A program made the translations under genes and the position numbers. A model generated the notes under the pieces. It was not told where the DNA came from. It saw only the letters and a list, made by a program, of their open reading frames with translations, and did no database searches. Below are positions 18,506-27,300 of a stretch of DNA of 64,000 nt, piece by piece (position 1 is the first letter of the stretch; each line of letters begins with the position of its first letter). The DNA lies in the NCBI GenBank assembly GCA_905235205.1, contig CAJOKM010000004.1, positions 1,879 through 65,878 on the forward strand. The letters are read 5' to 3'. Source of the DNA: an uncultured Clostridia bacterium. Lineage in GTDB: Bacteria; Bacillota; Clostridia; Christensenellales; CAG-138.

Positions 18506-19323
18506 GCAAGGTACGTCTGGATGTGGAACTGGTATCGCGCGGGCTGTGTCCGTCGCGCGAAAAAGCGCGGGCGCTGATCCTTGCGGGCGAAGTGCGCGTC
18601 AACGGGATTCGCGCGGACAAGGCGGGACAGGAGATCGCGCCGGAAGCGGAGATCGCCGTGATTGGGGACGCCGTTCCGTTTGTGAGCAGAGGCGGGCTGA
18701 AACTGGATAAAGCGGTGCATACGTTCCCGATCGTACTGCACGGACGGACCTGCGCCGACATCGGCGCTTCGACCGGCGGATTCACGGATGTGATGCTGAA
18801 AAACGGTGCGAAGCACGTTTATTCCGTCGACGTCGGTTACGGGCAGCTCGACTGGTCGCTTCGAAACGATCCGCGGGTCACGGTCATGGAACGCACCAAC
18901 GCGCGGTTTATGACGCCGGACTGGTTTTCCGATCCGATCTCGTTCGCCTCGATCGACGTCTCGTTTATCTCGCTTCGGCTCATTCTTCCGCCGCTGTATG
19001 CGTGCCTTCCCGATAACGGCGAGGTCGTCGCGCTGATCAAGCCGCAGTTCGAAGCCGGACGTGCCGAGATCGGCAAAAACGGCGTGGTCCGCGATCCCGC
19101 GGTGCATGAGCGCGTGATCCGGGACATGATCGATTTCGCGCAGAGCATCGGGTTTTCGATCGCGGGATTGTCGTTCTCTCCGATCACGGGACCGAAGGGA
19201 AATATAGAGTTTCTTTTATACATTCGAAAAACCGGTCCCAAAAATGACGCAGACCTGCATGATTTTTCGGGTTTGGTGCGGGAAACTGTTTCAAATGCCC
19301 ATTTAATGGGCAAATCCCGTTAA
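18502..19323 (+). CDS. tlyA: TlyA family rRNA (cytidine-2'-O)-methyltransferase
   Basis: Start MSKVRLDVELVSRGL (S4 domain) inside ORF 18373..19323; SAM motif CADIGASTGGFTD. Confidence 0.88.
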   Translation: MSKVRLDVELVSRGLCPSREKARALILAGEVRVNGIRADKAGQEIAPEAEIAVIGDAVPFVSRGGLKLDKAVHTFPIVLHGRTCADIGASTGGFTDVMLKNGAKHVYSVDVGYGQLDWSLRNDPRVTVMERTNARFMTPDWFSDPISFASIDVSFISLRLILPPLYACLPDNGEVVALIKPQFEAGRAEIGKNGVVRDPAVHERVIRDMIDFAQSIGFSIAGLSFSPITGPKGNIEFLLYIRKTGPKNDADLHDFSGLVRETVSNAHLMGKSR

Positions 19324-19341
19324 AAATTATTCACAATTTCC

Positions 19342-19370
19342 TTGCCATTGATCGAACGCAACTGTATAAT
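19342..19370 (+). promoter_or_regulatory. sigma-A type promoter for nadK-argR-recN
   Basis: TTGCCA (19342-19347), 17-nt spacer, TATAAT (19365-19370). Confidence 0.6.
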
Positions 19371-19403
19371 AATTAGGTAATATTCACTGATGGGAGTTGC
19401 GCT

Positions 19404-20189
19404 ATGCATCTTGTTTTTGCAGCGCATGCAAAAAATGCATCGCTCGCATCCGCCTGTCGGGGTCTGATGAAAACGGCGGAAGGGGAAGGCTTTGCCTGTT
19501 CGATCCTTTCCGACGTCGATTCTTTTTCGCCTTCCGACGAGACGGTGATCATCGCAGTCGGCGGGGACGGGAACTTTATTCGCACGGCGCATATCGCCTG
19601 CGAACACAGTATTCCGCTGTTCGGCGTCAATTGCGGACGGATCGGGTTTTTGACCGAATGGACCGAGGAATCGTTCCCGGAGGCGCTGCTTCGGCTTCGC
19701 GCCGGTGCGTACCGGATCGAGCAGAAGTCCATGCTTTCCGTAAGCGTCAACGATGAGCACGCGCGCGACTGCGTGAACGATCTGCTGGTGTATAAACACT
19801 CGTTTTCGGGCGTCGCAAGCATCGCGCTTGCGATCAACGGACAAACGGTAGGCGACCTGTTCGGTGACGGGATCACGGTCGCCACTTCGACCGGCGCAAC
19901 GGGGTATTCGCTGTCGGCGGGCGGTCCGATCATTGCGGACGGACTGGATGCGATGGTGGTAACGCCGATCTGCGCGCATACGCTGCACTTTCGCCCGATC
20001 GTGGCTGCGGCAAACGCGTCGGTCACGATGACCATGGCGGACCGCGGGTTTTTAGCGGCGGACGGGGACCGGTTCCGCTCCGTGCAGCAGAATGACCGGA
20101 TTACGGTCACACGGTCCGATCGGACGGTTCCGATGATGACGTTTCAGACACGGAATCTGTTCCGTCTGATTTCCGAAAAACTGACATGA
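19404..20189 (+). CDS. nadK: NAD kinase
   Basis: IIAVGGDGNFIR, GVNCGRIGFLTE and TGATGYSLSAGGPI. Confidence 0.9.
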   Translation: MHLVFAAHAKNASLASACRGLMKTAEGEGFACSILSDVDSFSPSDETVIIAVGGDGNFIRTAHIACEHSIPLFGVNCGRIGFLTEWTEESFPEALLRLRAGAYRIEQKSMLSVSVNDEHARDCVNDLLVYKHSFSGVASIALAINGQTVGDLFGDGITVATSTGATGYSLSAGGPIIADGLDAMVVTPICAHTLHFRPIVAAANASVTMTMADRGFLAADGDRFRSVQQNDRITVTRSDRTVPMMTFQTRNLFRLISEKLT

Positions 20190-20206
20190 TGATGAGGTAA
20201 CGGAGT

Positions 20207-20656
20207 ATGAAAACCAAACGACATGCAATGATCTTGAATCTGATCGCATCCGAGAATATCGAAACGCAGGAAGAGCTTGCAAAGCTGCTGTCCGCGAAGG
20301 GGTTTTCGGTCACGCAGGCGACCGTATCGCGCGACATCAAAGAGCTGCGGCTGATCAAGGTCCTGACCGGGGAAGGGAAATATAAATACGCAACGGTGGA
20401 GAAGGCGGAATCCGATCTGCAGGAACGCTTTATCCGTCTGTTCAGCAACTGTGTCGTTTCGATCACGTCGGCGGGGAACCTGATCGTGGTCAAGACGGTT
20501 CCGGGCAGCGCGCCGGTCGCCGCGGAAGCGATCGACTCGATGAAATGGCCGGAGATCGCCGGGTCGCTTGCGGGCGACAACACGCTGTTTGTCGCCGTCC
20601 GTGAGGGAAAGAGCGTTTCCGACATGATCAAGCGGTTCCAGAAACTCATGAAATAA
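20207..20656 (+). CDS. argR: arginine repressor
   Basis: KRHAMILNLIASENIETQEELAKLLSAKGFSVTQATVSRDIKEL and C-terminal GSLAGDNTLFV. Confidence 0.9.
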   Translation: MKTKRHAMILNLIASENIETQEELAKLLSAKGFSVTQATVSRDIKELRLIKVLTGEGKYKYATVEKAESDLQERFIRLFSNCVVSITSAGNLIVVKTVPGSAPVAAEAIDSMKWPEIAGSLAGDNTLFVAVREGKSVSDMIKRFQKLMK

Positions 20657-20667
20657 CGGAGGGCGTC

Positions 20668-22341
20668 GTGCTCACACGTTTACAAGTCAACAATATTGCT
20701 TTGATCGATAAGTCCGACATTGTTTTCGATGCGGGCTTTTCTGTATTGACGGGCGAAACCGGCGCGGGCAAATCGATTCTGATCGAGTCGGTCAGCTTCG
20801 TGCTCGGCGATCGCGCAAGCCGGGAGAGCATCCGCACCGGCGCGGACAAAGCGTCGGCGGAAGCGACGTTTGTGCTTTCAAAGGATTCGCCTGCCCGCGC
20901 GTATCTGAATGAGCATCAGCTTGACGACGGCGATACGCTGGTGCTGTACCGGGAGCTCTCGCAAAGCGGCAGAAACGTATGCAGGATCAACGGGACGCTC
21001 GTAACAGCGGGCGAACTGAAAGCGCTCGGCGATCTGCTGGTCGATCTGCACGGGCAGCACGCGCATCAGTCGCTGCTGAATCCCGCAACGCACCTGGAGC
21101 TGATCGACGCATACGCAGGGAGCAATGCGGACGGTCTCAAGGACCGCGTGGAAGCGGCGCGGCAGGCGGCACTGCAGGCGGCGCGGGATCGCGATCTTTT
21201 GAAAAACGGGATTCGCGAGCGCGAGCGGCGCATCGACGCGATCCGATTCCAGCTCCGGGAGATCGACGCGGTATCTCCGGTCGACGGTGAAGAGGAGCAG
21301 CTCGAGAGCGACCGCAATAAAATGCGCAACGCCGAAACGATCATGGAGGGCTTAAACGACGCGTACGACGCGCTGTTCTCCGATACCGGCGCGCTTGCGT
21401 CGCTGTCCAGAGCGCGCGACGCGTTGAACCGCATCGGCGAATACGACGAAGCCTACCGCGCGCTTTCGGAGCGAACGGATGAGGCGTACTACTCGATTGA
21501 GGACACGGCGTACGAACTGCGCGACGGAAGAGACGCGTTCCGGTTCGATCCGGACCTGCTCGAGCAGACCGAAAGCCGGCTTGCCGCCATCCAGTCGCTG
21601 AAACGGAAGTACGGCGCGACGATCGGCGAGATTCTTGCGTATCGGGAAAAGATCGAAACGGAATGGAACCTGCTTTCGGACGGCGACAATCAGCTTGAAA
21701 CGCTTGAACGAAAGGTTATCGAGTCGGTCGATGCGTTCGGAGCGCTTGCAAAAGCGTTGTCCGATCGCAGAAAGACGGCGGCAAAGCGTCTTGTCAAGGA
21801 AGCGGTGAAGGAACTAAACGACATGGGCATGCCGCATGCCGTTTTAGAGCCCGCGTTTTCGGAGATTCCGAAGGAACAGCTTGCGGAAACGGGAATCGAC
21901 GCGATGGAGTTCCTGCTGTCCGCAAACCGCGGCGAGCCTGTCAAACCTCTCGTCAAGGTCGCAAGCGGCGGCGAGATGTCGCGTATCATGCTTGCCCTGA
22001 AGGCGGCGCTGTCCGATGCGGACCGGATCGAAACGCTGATTTTCGACGAGATCGATACCGGCATTTCCGGCATGGTCGCGAACACCGTTGCCGAGAAAAT
22101 GCGCGAGCTCGGCGCAAAGCATCAGGTGCTTTGCGTGACGCATCTGCCGCAGATCGCCGCGCACGCGGATACGCAGTACGTTGCCTATAAGTATTCCGAC
22201 GCGCAAAAAACGCACAGCGTTACGCAAAGACTCACCGAAGCCGAACGGGCGAAGGAGCTTGCGCGGATCATGGGCAGCGACGAATCCGATCAGACCGCGA
22301 TGGAGCACGCCAAAGCGCTGCTCGAAGCGGCAAAGCGCTGA
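20668..22341 (+). CDS. recN: DNA repair protein RecN
   Basis: GTG start; LTGETGAGKSIL Walker A, long coiled coil, ASGGEMSRIMLAL signature and LIFDEIDTGISG. Confidence 0.95.
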   Translation: MLTRLQVNNIALIDKSDIVFDAGFSVLTGETGAGKSILIESVSFVLGDRASRESIRTGADKASAEATFVLSKDSPARAYLNEHQLDDGDTLVLYRELSQSGRNVCRINGTLVTAGELKALGDLLVDLHGQHAHQSLLNPATHLELIDAYAGSNADGLKDRVEAARQAALQAARDRDLLKNGIRERERRIDAIRFQLREIDAVSPVDGEEEQLESDRNKMRNAETIMEGLNDAYDALFSDTGALASLSRARDALNRIGEYDEAYRALSERTDEAYYSIEDTAYELRDGRDAFRFDPDLLEQTESRLAAIQSLKRKYGATIGEILAYREKIETEWNLLSDGDNQLETLERKVIESVDAFGALAKALSDRRKTAAKRLVKEAVKELNDMGMPHAVLEPAFSEIPKEQLAETGIDAMEFLLSANRGEPVKPLVKVASGGEMSRIMLALKAALSDADRIETLIFDEIDTGISGMVANTVAEKMRELGAKHQVLCVTHLPQIAAHADTQYVAYKYSDAQKTHSVTQRLTEAERAKELARIMGSDESDQTAMEHAKALLEAAKR

Positions 22342-22356
22342 TTCGTACGAACGCAC

Positions 22357-22381
22357 AGACCTCATATGAGGTCTTTTTTTG
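22357..22381 (+). terminator. rho-independent terminator after recN
   Basis: AGACCTC-ATAT-GAGGTCT followed by a T7 run. Confidence 0.8.
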
Positions 22382-22430
22382 TATGCTTTTTGAACGGATG
22401 CGCACGATAGTAAAAAGGAGTGTGCATACT

Positions 22431-23636
22431 ATGAAACGGTTTTTTCGCGCGATCACGGCGCTGTTTTCCGCAATTCTTCTGGGCTGGTACTGTATTCCCG
22501 AGGTATATCGGACGCTGCATCTTCCCGACCGGGTCGACGCGTCGTTTTCGGTTTCCGCACCCGCGATGCGGACGGAACGGACCGATGTGTACGCCGTATC
22601 GGGATCGCGTGACGAGCGATTGCGCGATGTATCCGGGCAGGCGTATTCGATTCGCCTGTTCGGCGTTCTGCCTCTGCGCACCGTGTATGCCGCGGCGCGG
22701 CAGAGGACGGTATGCGTCGGCGGGGAAGCGTTCGGCGTGATTCTCAGGACGAACGGCGTGCAGATCGTCGGGATCGGGTACGTCGACGCCGAGGAGGGCA
22801 GGATCAGTCCGGCGCAGAAAGCGGGCCTAAAAGAGGGCGACGTGATCTGCGCGGTCGACGGGATGACGGTGACCGACACGCAGTCGTTTATCGGACTGTG
22901 CGAAAAAGCGGGCGAGATCTGTACGCTGTCCTGCCTGCGTGAAGACACGCCGTTTACGGTTACGCTTCGGCCTGCGGCGGACAGCGACGGCGTAAAGCGC
23001 ATCGGCGCATGGGTGCGCGACAGCACGTCGGGGATCGGGACCCTGTCGTTTTATGACGCGTCCAGCCGCCGGTTCACCGCGCTCGGGCACGGTGTGACCG
23101 ATGTGGATACGGGAAAGCTGATCGCGCCGGCAAGTTTTTTGAGTGAAGTACGGCTGACCGGGATCCGAACGGGCGACGCAAACAATGCGGGCGAGCTTTT
23201 GGGGCAGTTTTCCGATCGGGAAGCGGACGCGATCGGCTCGGTCGAGCAGAACACCGTGTTCGGAATCGCGGGGACGCTGAGCGGGTTCACAGACACGAAT
23301 GAGACGGCGATCGGGATCGCGCCTGCCGGCGCGGCGCATTTGGGGGATGCGTTCATCCGCTCGACGATCGACGCCGGCGGCGTGCGTGAATACCGGGTTC
23401 GCGTGATCCGCGTCGATGTGCAGTCGTCGCCCGAGACGCAGGGGATGATGATTGAAATTACGGACGACGCATTGCTCGAAAAAACGAACGGCATCGTACA
23501 GGGCATGAGCGGCAGTCCGCTGATCCAGGACGGGAAACTGATCGGCGTCGTGACGCATGTGTTCGTCAGCCGGCCGACGCGCGGATACTGTCTGTACGCG
23601 GACTGGATGGCGCAAAAACTGCTGCCTTCGACATAA
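22431..23636 (+). CDS. spoIVB: SpoIVB peptidase (S55)
   Basis: Start MKRFFRAIT (AAGGAG upstream) inside ORF 22383..23636. PDZ segment GLKEGDVICAVDG, LGHGVTD, and catalytic GMSGSPLIQDGKLIGVVTHV. Confidence 0.9.
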   Translation: MKRFFRAITALFSAILLGWYCIPEVYRTLHLPDRVDASFSVSAPAMRTERTDVYAVSGSRDERLRDVSGQAYSIRLFGVLPLRTVYAAARQRTVCVGGEAFGVILRTNGVQIVGIGYVDAEEGRISPAQKAGLKEGDVICAVDGMTVTDTQSFIGLCEKAGEICTLSCLREDTPFTVTLRPAADSDGVKRIGAWVRDSTSGIGTLSFYDASSRRFTALGHGVTDVDTGKLIAPASFLSEVRLTGIRTGDANNAGELLGQFSDREADAIGSVEQNTVFGIAGTLSGFTDTNETAIGIAPAGAAHLGDAFIRSTIDAGGVREYRVRVIRVDVQSSPETQGMMIEITDDALLEKTNGIVQGMSGSPLIQDGKLIGVVTHVFVSRPTRGYCLYADWMAQKLLPST

Positions 23637-23676
23637 TTTATTCACGGTATTCCCGCGTTTCGTCATTTCTTCACGG

Positions 23677-23705
23677 TTGAATTGCGTCAGGAATTGGCAG
23701 AAAAT
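23677..23705 (+). promoter_or_regulatory. possible sigma-A-like promoter upstream of spo0A
   Basis: TTGAAT (23677-23682), 17-nt spacer, GAAAAT (23700-23705). No convincing sigma-H motif seen. Confidence 0.3.
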
Positions 23706-23730
23706 GGCAGTACGGAGAGGGGGAAACCGT

Positions 23731-24450
23731 ATGCGTATTCTGATGCAAACGACCGACGAAGCGACGGAACGGTCGTATTTATCCGCGGCGGACGAGCTAA
23801 ACGGACTGGATCTTTGCGTGCTGCACGACGAAGCGCAAGCCCTGGAGCGCGCGTTTCGTGAGCCGTTCGACGCACTGATCGTCGATGAAGAAAGCGAGGC
23901 AAGCGACACGCCCGGCACTGACCGCGTCTTTTATCCGGACAATCGGATTCTGCTGTTCGATACAGCGCCCCACGCAATCCCGAGCGAGATCACCTACGCC
24001 TTTTACCGCTCGACGCCGCCGAAAACGGTGCTCGGGCGGATCGGTACGTTTCCGGCGGGAGGCGTACACAGAACCGGAACGGACGCCGCGATCTCACGCT
24101 TTTTACAGCGGGTGGGGGTTCCGGTGCATCTGAACGGATTCTATCTTCTGAAGGATTCGATCCGGCTGATTCTGACCTGCAAACGCCCGACGGACTTGCG
24201 CATCACGCGCGATCTGTATGCGGCGCTGTCCGAAACGCTGCGGATTCCTTCGTCCGGCATCGAGCATGCGATCCGCCATGCGATCGGCGCGGCGTGGCTT
24301 CGGGCGGATGTGGAGCTGCTCGAATCGGTTTTCGGGTACACGGTCAGTTCGGAACGCGCCATGCCGTCCAACGCGGCGTTTCTGTTTACGGCGGCGGAGC
24401 GGATTCGCCTGGAGAGCGGGGAGGAGCAGCGATGGAATACCATGAATTGA
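23731..24450 (+). CDS. spo0A: sporulation transcription factor Spo0A with atypical, shortened receiver domain
   Basis: Start MRILMQTTDE (GGAGAGGGGG upstream) inside ORF 23557..24450. The C-terminal domain matches the Spo0A DNA-binding domain: GVPVHLNGFYLLKDSI..., IEHAIRHAIGAAW, VFGYTVSSERAMPSNAAFLF. Canonical position after spoIVB. Confidence 0.8.
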   Translation: MRILMQTTDEATERSYLSAADELNGLDLCVLHDEAQALERAFREPFDALIVDEESEASDTPGTDRVFYPDNRILLFDTAPHAIPSEITYAFYRSTPPKTVLGRIGTFPAGGVHRTGTDAAISRFLQRVGVPVHLNGFYLLKDSIRLILTCKRPTDLRITRDLYAALSETLRIPSSGIEHAIRHAIGAAWLRADVELLESVFGYTVSSERAMPSNAAFLFTAAERIRLESGEEQRWNTMN

Positions 24451-24908
24451 TCGCACTGTCGGATCGGTTTCACAGCCGGTACCGGGATCCGGACGCGCTT
24501 TTGGACGCGGTGATCAACGCGACGCTTTGCGCGCTGTGCGTTCCGGCAAACCTTTTAGGCTACCGGTATCTGTTCCTTGCGGTTCGCTATATCCGCAAAA
24601 CGCCGCAGGAAAAGCGACTCAACATGCTGCGCGACATCTATCCGCACGTAGCGGAGATGACCGGAACGAATCCGCCCATGGCGGAGCGCGCGATGCGTTA
24701 TGCGATCTCGTGTGCATGGAAACGCGCCGATCCCGAGGTGCTGTATTCATATCTCGGACTGCGCGGACGTGATCTCAAGAACGCGCCGACCAACGTAGAG
24801 TTTCTGTATCTTGTCGCGGAGCGCGTGCGTCTGATCACCGGCGATCCGGAGGACGAAGCGCGGTTTCAAAGACTGATGGAAGAAGCGCACAAGCGTTTCG
24901 GATCGTAA
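24432..24908 (+). CDS. stand-alone Spo0A C-terminal (DNA-binding) domain protein, no receiver domain
   Basis: Start MEYHELIAL (GGGGAGGAG 5 nt upstream) inside ORF 24294..24908. VPANLLGYRYLFLAVRYI, AERAMRYAISCAWKRADPEVLYSYLG and APTNVEFLYLVAERVRL parallel the Spo0A_C blocks. Overlaps spo0A by 19 nt. Confidence 0.75.
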   Translation: MEYHELIALSDRFHSRYRDPDALLDAVINATLCALCVPANLLGYRYLFLAVRYIRKTPQEKRLNMLRDIYPHVAEMTGTNPPMAERAMRYAISCAWKRADPEVLYSYLGLRGRDLKNAPTNVEFLYLVAERVRLITGDPEDEARFQRLMEEAHKRFGS

Positions 24909-24912
24909 ACAA

Positions 24913-24942
24913 TTGACGAACGACGTCGCTCTGTGCTAAAAT
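24913..24942 (+). promoter_or_regulatory. sigma-A type promoter (extended -10) for deoB-punA
   Basis: TTGACG (24913-24918), 18-nt spacer, TGcTAAAAT (24934-24942). Confidence 0.55.
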
Positions 24943-24973
24943 CCTATATATCTGAATGCAGCGAGGTATGGAA

Positions 24974-26149
24974 ATGAAGAAGAGAGCGATTTTGATCGTG
25001 CTGGACAGCGCCGGGATCGGCGAACTGCCGGATGCGGCGGATTTCGGCGACGTTGGCGCCAACACGATCTGCAACATCTTTGAGAAGCGCGGCAGGCTCG
25101 ACGTTCCGAACATGAAGCGGCTCGGACTTGCGCACATCGACGGATGCCGGCTTCCGAAGGACGAAACCGAACTGATCGGAAGCTTCGCAAAATGCGCGGA
25201 GCAGACGCATGCGAAGGACACGACCTGCGGACACTGGGAGATGGCGGGGCTTGCGCTTGACGAAGCGTTCAAGACCTATCCGAACGGATTCCCGCGAGCC
25301 TTTTTAGACGCGTTTGAAGCGCGGATCGGGCGCGGCACGCTCGGCAATACGGTCGCGAGCGGAACGCAGATCATCCAGGAGCTCGGCGACGAGCATGTGC
25401 GCACCGGCAAGCCGATCGTGTATACCAGCGCGGACAGCGTGTTTCAGATCGCCGCGCATGAGAAGGTCATTCCGCTAAAGGAGCTGTACCGCATCTGCGA
25501 GATCGCGCGGGAAATGCTGACCGGTGAATACCTGGTCGGACGCGTGATCGCACGGCCGTTCGTCGGCGGAAACGGCGTCTATACGCGCACCGAGAACCGC
25601 AAGGACTACGCCGTCGCGCCGTTTAAGGATACGATCTTAGACGGTCTGACCGCACAGGGCATGGATGTGGTCGGCATCGGCAAGATCGAGGACATCTTTT
25701 GCCACAGAGGGATCACGACCGTCGATCATACCAAGAACAATCCGGCAGGCATCGAGGCGACGCAGCGCTTTATCGACGCGGGAACCGGCGATTTCATCTT
25801 TACAAACCTTGTCGACACCGACATGCTCTACGGACACCGCAACGACGTCGAAGGCTACGGCGCGGCGCTCGAGTACTTTGACGCGCATCTGCCTGCCATG
25901 ATGCACGCAATGGACGAAGGCGATATCCTGATGGTGACAGCGGACCACGGCTGTGATCCGACCACGCCCGGCACGGATCATACGCGCGAGTATATTCCGC
26001 TTTTGATCTACGGCAAACATATCAGACACGGCGTAAACCTCGGTGTCCGCAGGCAGTTTTCGGACATCGGCGCGACGATCTACGAATACCTGACCGGCGA
26101 GACCTGGCGCGAGGGTGATTCATTCTTAAAGGAAATCTGGGAGGACTGA
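24974..26149 (+). CDS. deoB: phosphopentomutase
   Basis: KRAILIVLDSAGIGELPDA, and TADHGCDPT in the metal-binding region; 391 aa from ATG 24974. Confidence 0.92.
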   Translation: MKKRAILIVLDSAGIGELPDAADFGDVGANTICNIFEKRGRLDVPNMKRLGLAHIDGCRLPKDETELIGSFAKCAEQTHAKDTTCGHWEMAGLALDEAFKTYPNGFPRAFLDAFEARIGRGTLGNTVASGTQIIQELGDEHVRTGKPIVYTSADSVFQIAAHEKVIPLKELYRICEIAREMLTGEYLVGRVIARPFVGGNGVYTRTENRKDYAVAPFKDTILDGLTAQGMDVVGIGKIEDIFCHRGITTVDHTKNNPAGIEATQRFIDAGTGDFIFTNLVDTDMLYGHRNDVEGYGAALEYFDAHLPAMMHAMDEGDILMVTADHGCDPTTPGTDHTREYIPLLIYGKHIRHGVNLGVRRQFSDIGATIYEYLTGETWREGDSFLKEIWED

Positions 26150-26150
26150 C

Positions 26151-26975
26151 ATGGAAGATTTGATGAAGATCATCAACAGCGCTGCGGCGCTTCTAAAGGA
26201 ACAGGGCGCGGACAAGGCAACGATCGGACTGATCCTGGGCAGCGGACTCGGCGATTATGCGGAAACGCTCGAAAACAAGCGGTTTGTGAATTATTCGGAT
26301 ATCGAAGGCTACCCGGTCTCGGCGGTCGTCGGGCACAAGAATCGGTTCGTCATCGGCGAAAAAAACGGCAAGACGGTCATCGCCATGCAGGGGCGGTTCC
26401 ATTATTACGAGGGGTATCCGCAGTCGCTTCTGACGCTCGGCGTGCGCACCATGCGAAAGCTCGGCGTAAAGAAGCTTCTGATCACCAACGCGGCGGGCGG
26501 CGTGAATATGAACTACCACGCGGGCGATCTGATGCTGATCTCGGATCACATCAACCTGTCCGGCAGCAATCCGCTGATCGGCAAGAACCTGGACGAGTTC
26601 GGTCCGCGCTTCCCGGATCAGAGCAACGTGTACGATAAGGATCTCCGCGCAAGGATGATCGAACTGTCCATACGCGAAGGGATCCCGATGCAGGAGGGCG
26701 TATACATCATGATGTCCGGTCCGTGCTACGAAACGCCGGCGGAGATCCGCATGGCGCGCGCGCTCGGCGCGGACGCGGTCGGTATGTCCACGGTGCCCGA
26801 AGCGATGTGCGCGGCACACTGCGGCATGAAGGTGCTGGGCATCTCGCTGATCACCAACATGGCGGCGGGCGTACTCGATCAGCCGCTTTCCCACGCGGAG
26901 GTCACCGAAACCGCAGCAAAGGCGACCAAACAATTCACCGCGCTTGTCGATCTGATTTTAAAAGAGATCTTCTGA
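26151..26975 (+). CDS. punA: purine nucleoside phosphorylase (PNP family I, trimeric type)
   Basis: GLILGSGLG, GRFHYYEGY, TNAAGG and AVGMSTVPE. Confidence 0.92.
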   Translation: MEDLMKIINSAAALLKEQGADKATIGLILGSGLGDYAETLENKRFVNYSDIEGYPVSAVVGHKNRFVIGEKNGKTVIAMQGRFHYYEGYPQSLLTLGVRTMRKLGVKKLLITNAAGGVNMNYHAGDLMLISDHINLSGSNPLIGKNLDEFGPRFPDQSNVYDKDLRARMIELSIREGIPMQEGVYIMMSGPCYETPAEIRMARALGADAVGMSTVPEAMCAAHCGMKVLGISLITNMAAGVLDQPLSHAEVTETAAKATKQFTALVDLILKEIF

Positions 26976-26980
26976 TTTTT

Positions 26981-27110
26981 CGCGCCGAAGGCGCGCGCCG
27001 CAAAAGGTTGGTAGCGAGAGATTTTCGTTGTGAGGGCGTTTACAACCGAACAGAAAATCCGAGCGAGACCTTTTGCGGAAAGGAGCCGCGACGGAGCGTG
27101 CGAGCGGTGA
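26981..27110 (-). repeat. tRNA-linked structured repeat, copy A (81-nt hairpin core 26998..27078 plus small GC hairpin 26981..26995)
   Basis: Near-identical to 55437..55562 in the opposite orientation. Closing stem CCGCAAAAGGT/ACCTTTTGCGG. Lies 26 nt distal to the tRNA-Ser(GGA) terminator, in the same sense as the tRNA. Confidence 0.85.
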
Positions 27111-27136
27111 CGCTTCACGGACGTCGGCTGAACTTC

Positions 27137-27183
27137 CCCAAAACGAAAGCGTCGCCGCGAACTCAGCGGAGTCCGCGGCGACG
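27137..27183 (-). terminator. rho-independent terminator of tRNA-Ser(GGA)
   Basis: On the minus strand, CGTCGCCGCGGACTCCGCTGAGTTCGCGGCGACG followed by CTTTCGTTTTGGGG; it begins right after the CCA end. Confidence 0.7.
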
Positions 27184-27274
27184 TGGCGCAGAGAGAGGGA
27201 TTCGAACCCTCGATACGGTTCCCCGTATACACGATTTCCAGTCGTGCGCCTTAGACCAGCTCAGCCATCTCTGC
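27184..27274 (-). tRNA. tRNA-Ser (anticodon GGA)
   Basis: Manual fold: acceptor GCAGAGA/TCTCTGC, anticodon stem CACGA/TCGTG, loop CTGGAAA, long variable arm, T-arm GAGGG-TTCGAAT-CCCTC, encoded CCA. Confidence 0.9.
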
Positions 27275-27300
27275 ACGGTGGTTTTTGCTGCACCTTTGCT

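Noticed and set aside
23627-23633. A 0A-box heptamer TTCGACA (reverse complement TGTCGAA) about 100 nt upstream of spo0A.
   Set aside because: A single 7-mer is expected by chance several times in 64 kb on two strands. It lies within the last codons of spoIVB. It is not sufficient evidence for autoregulation.
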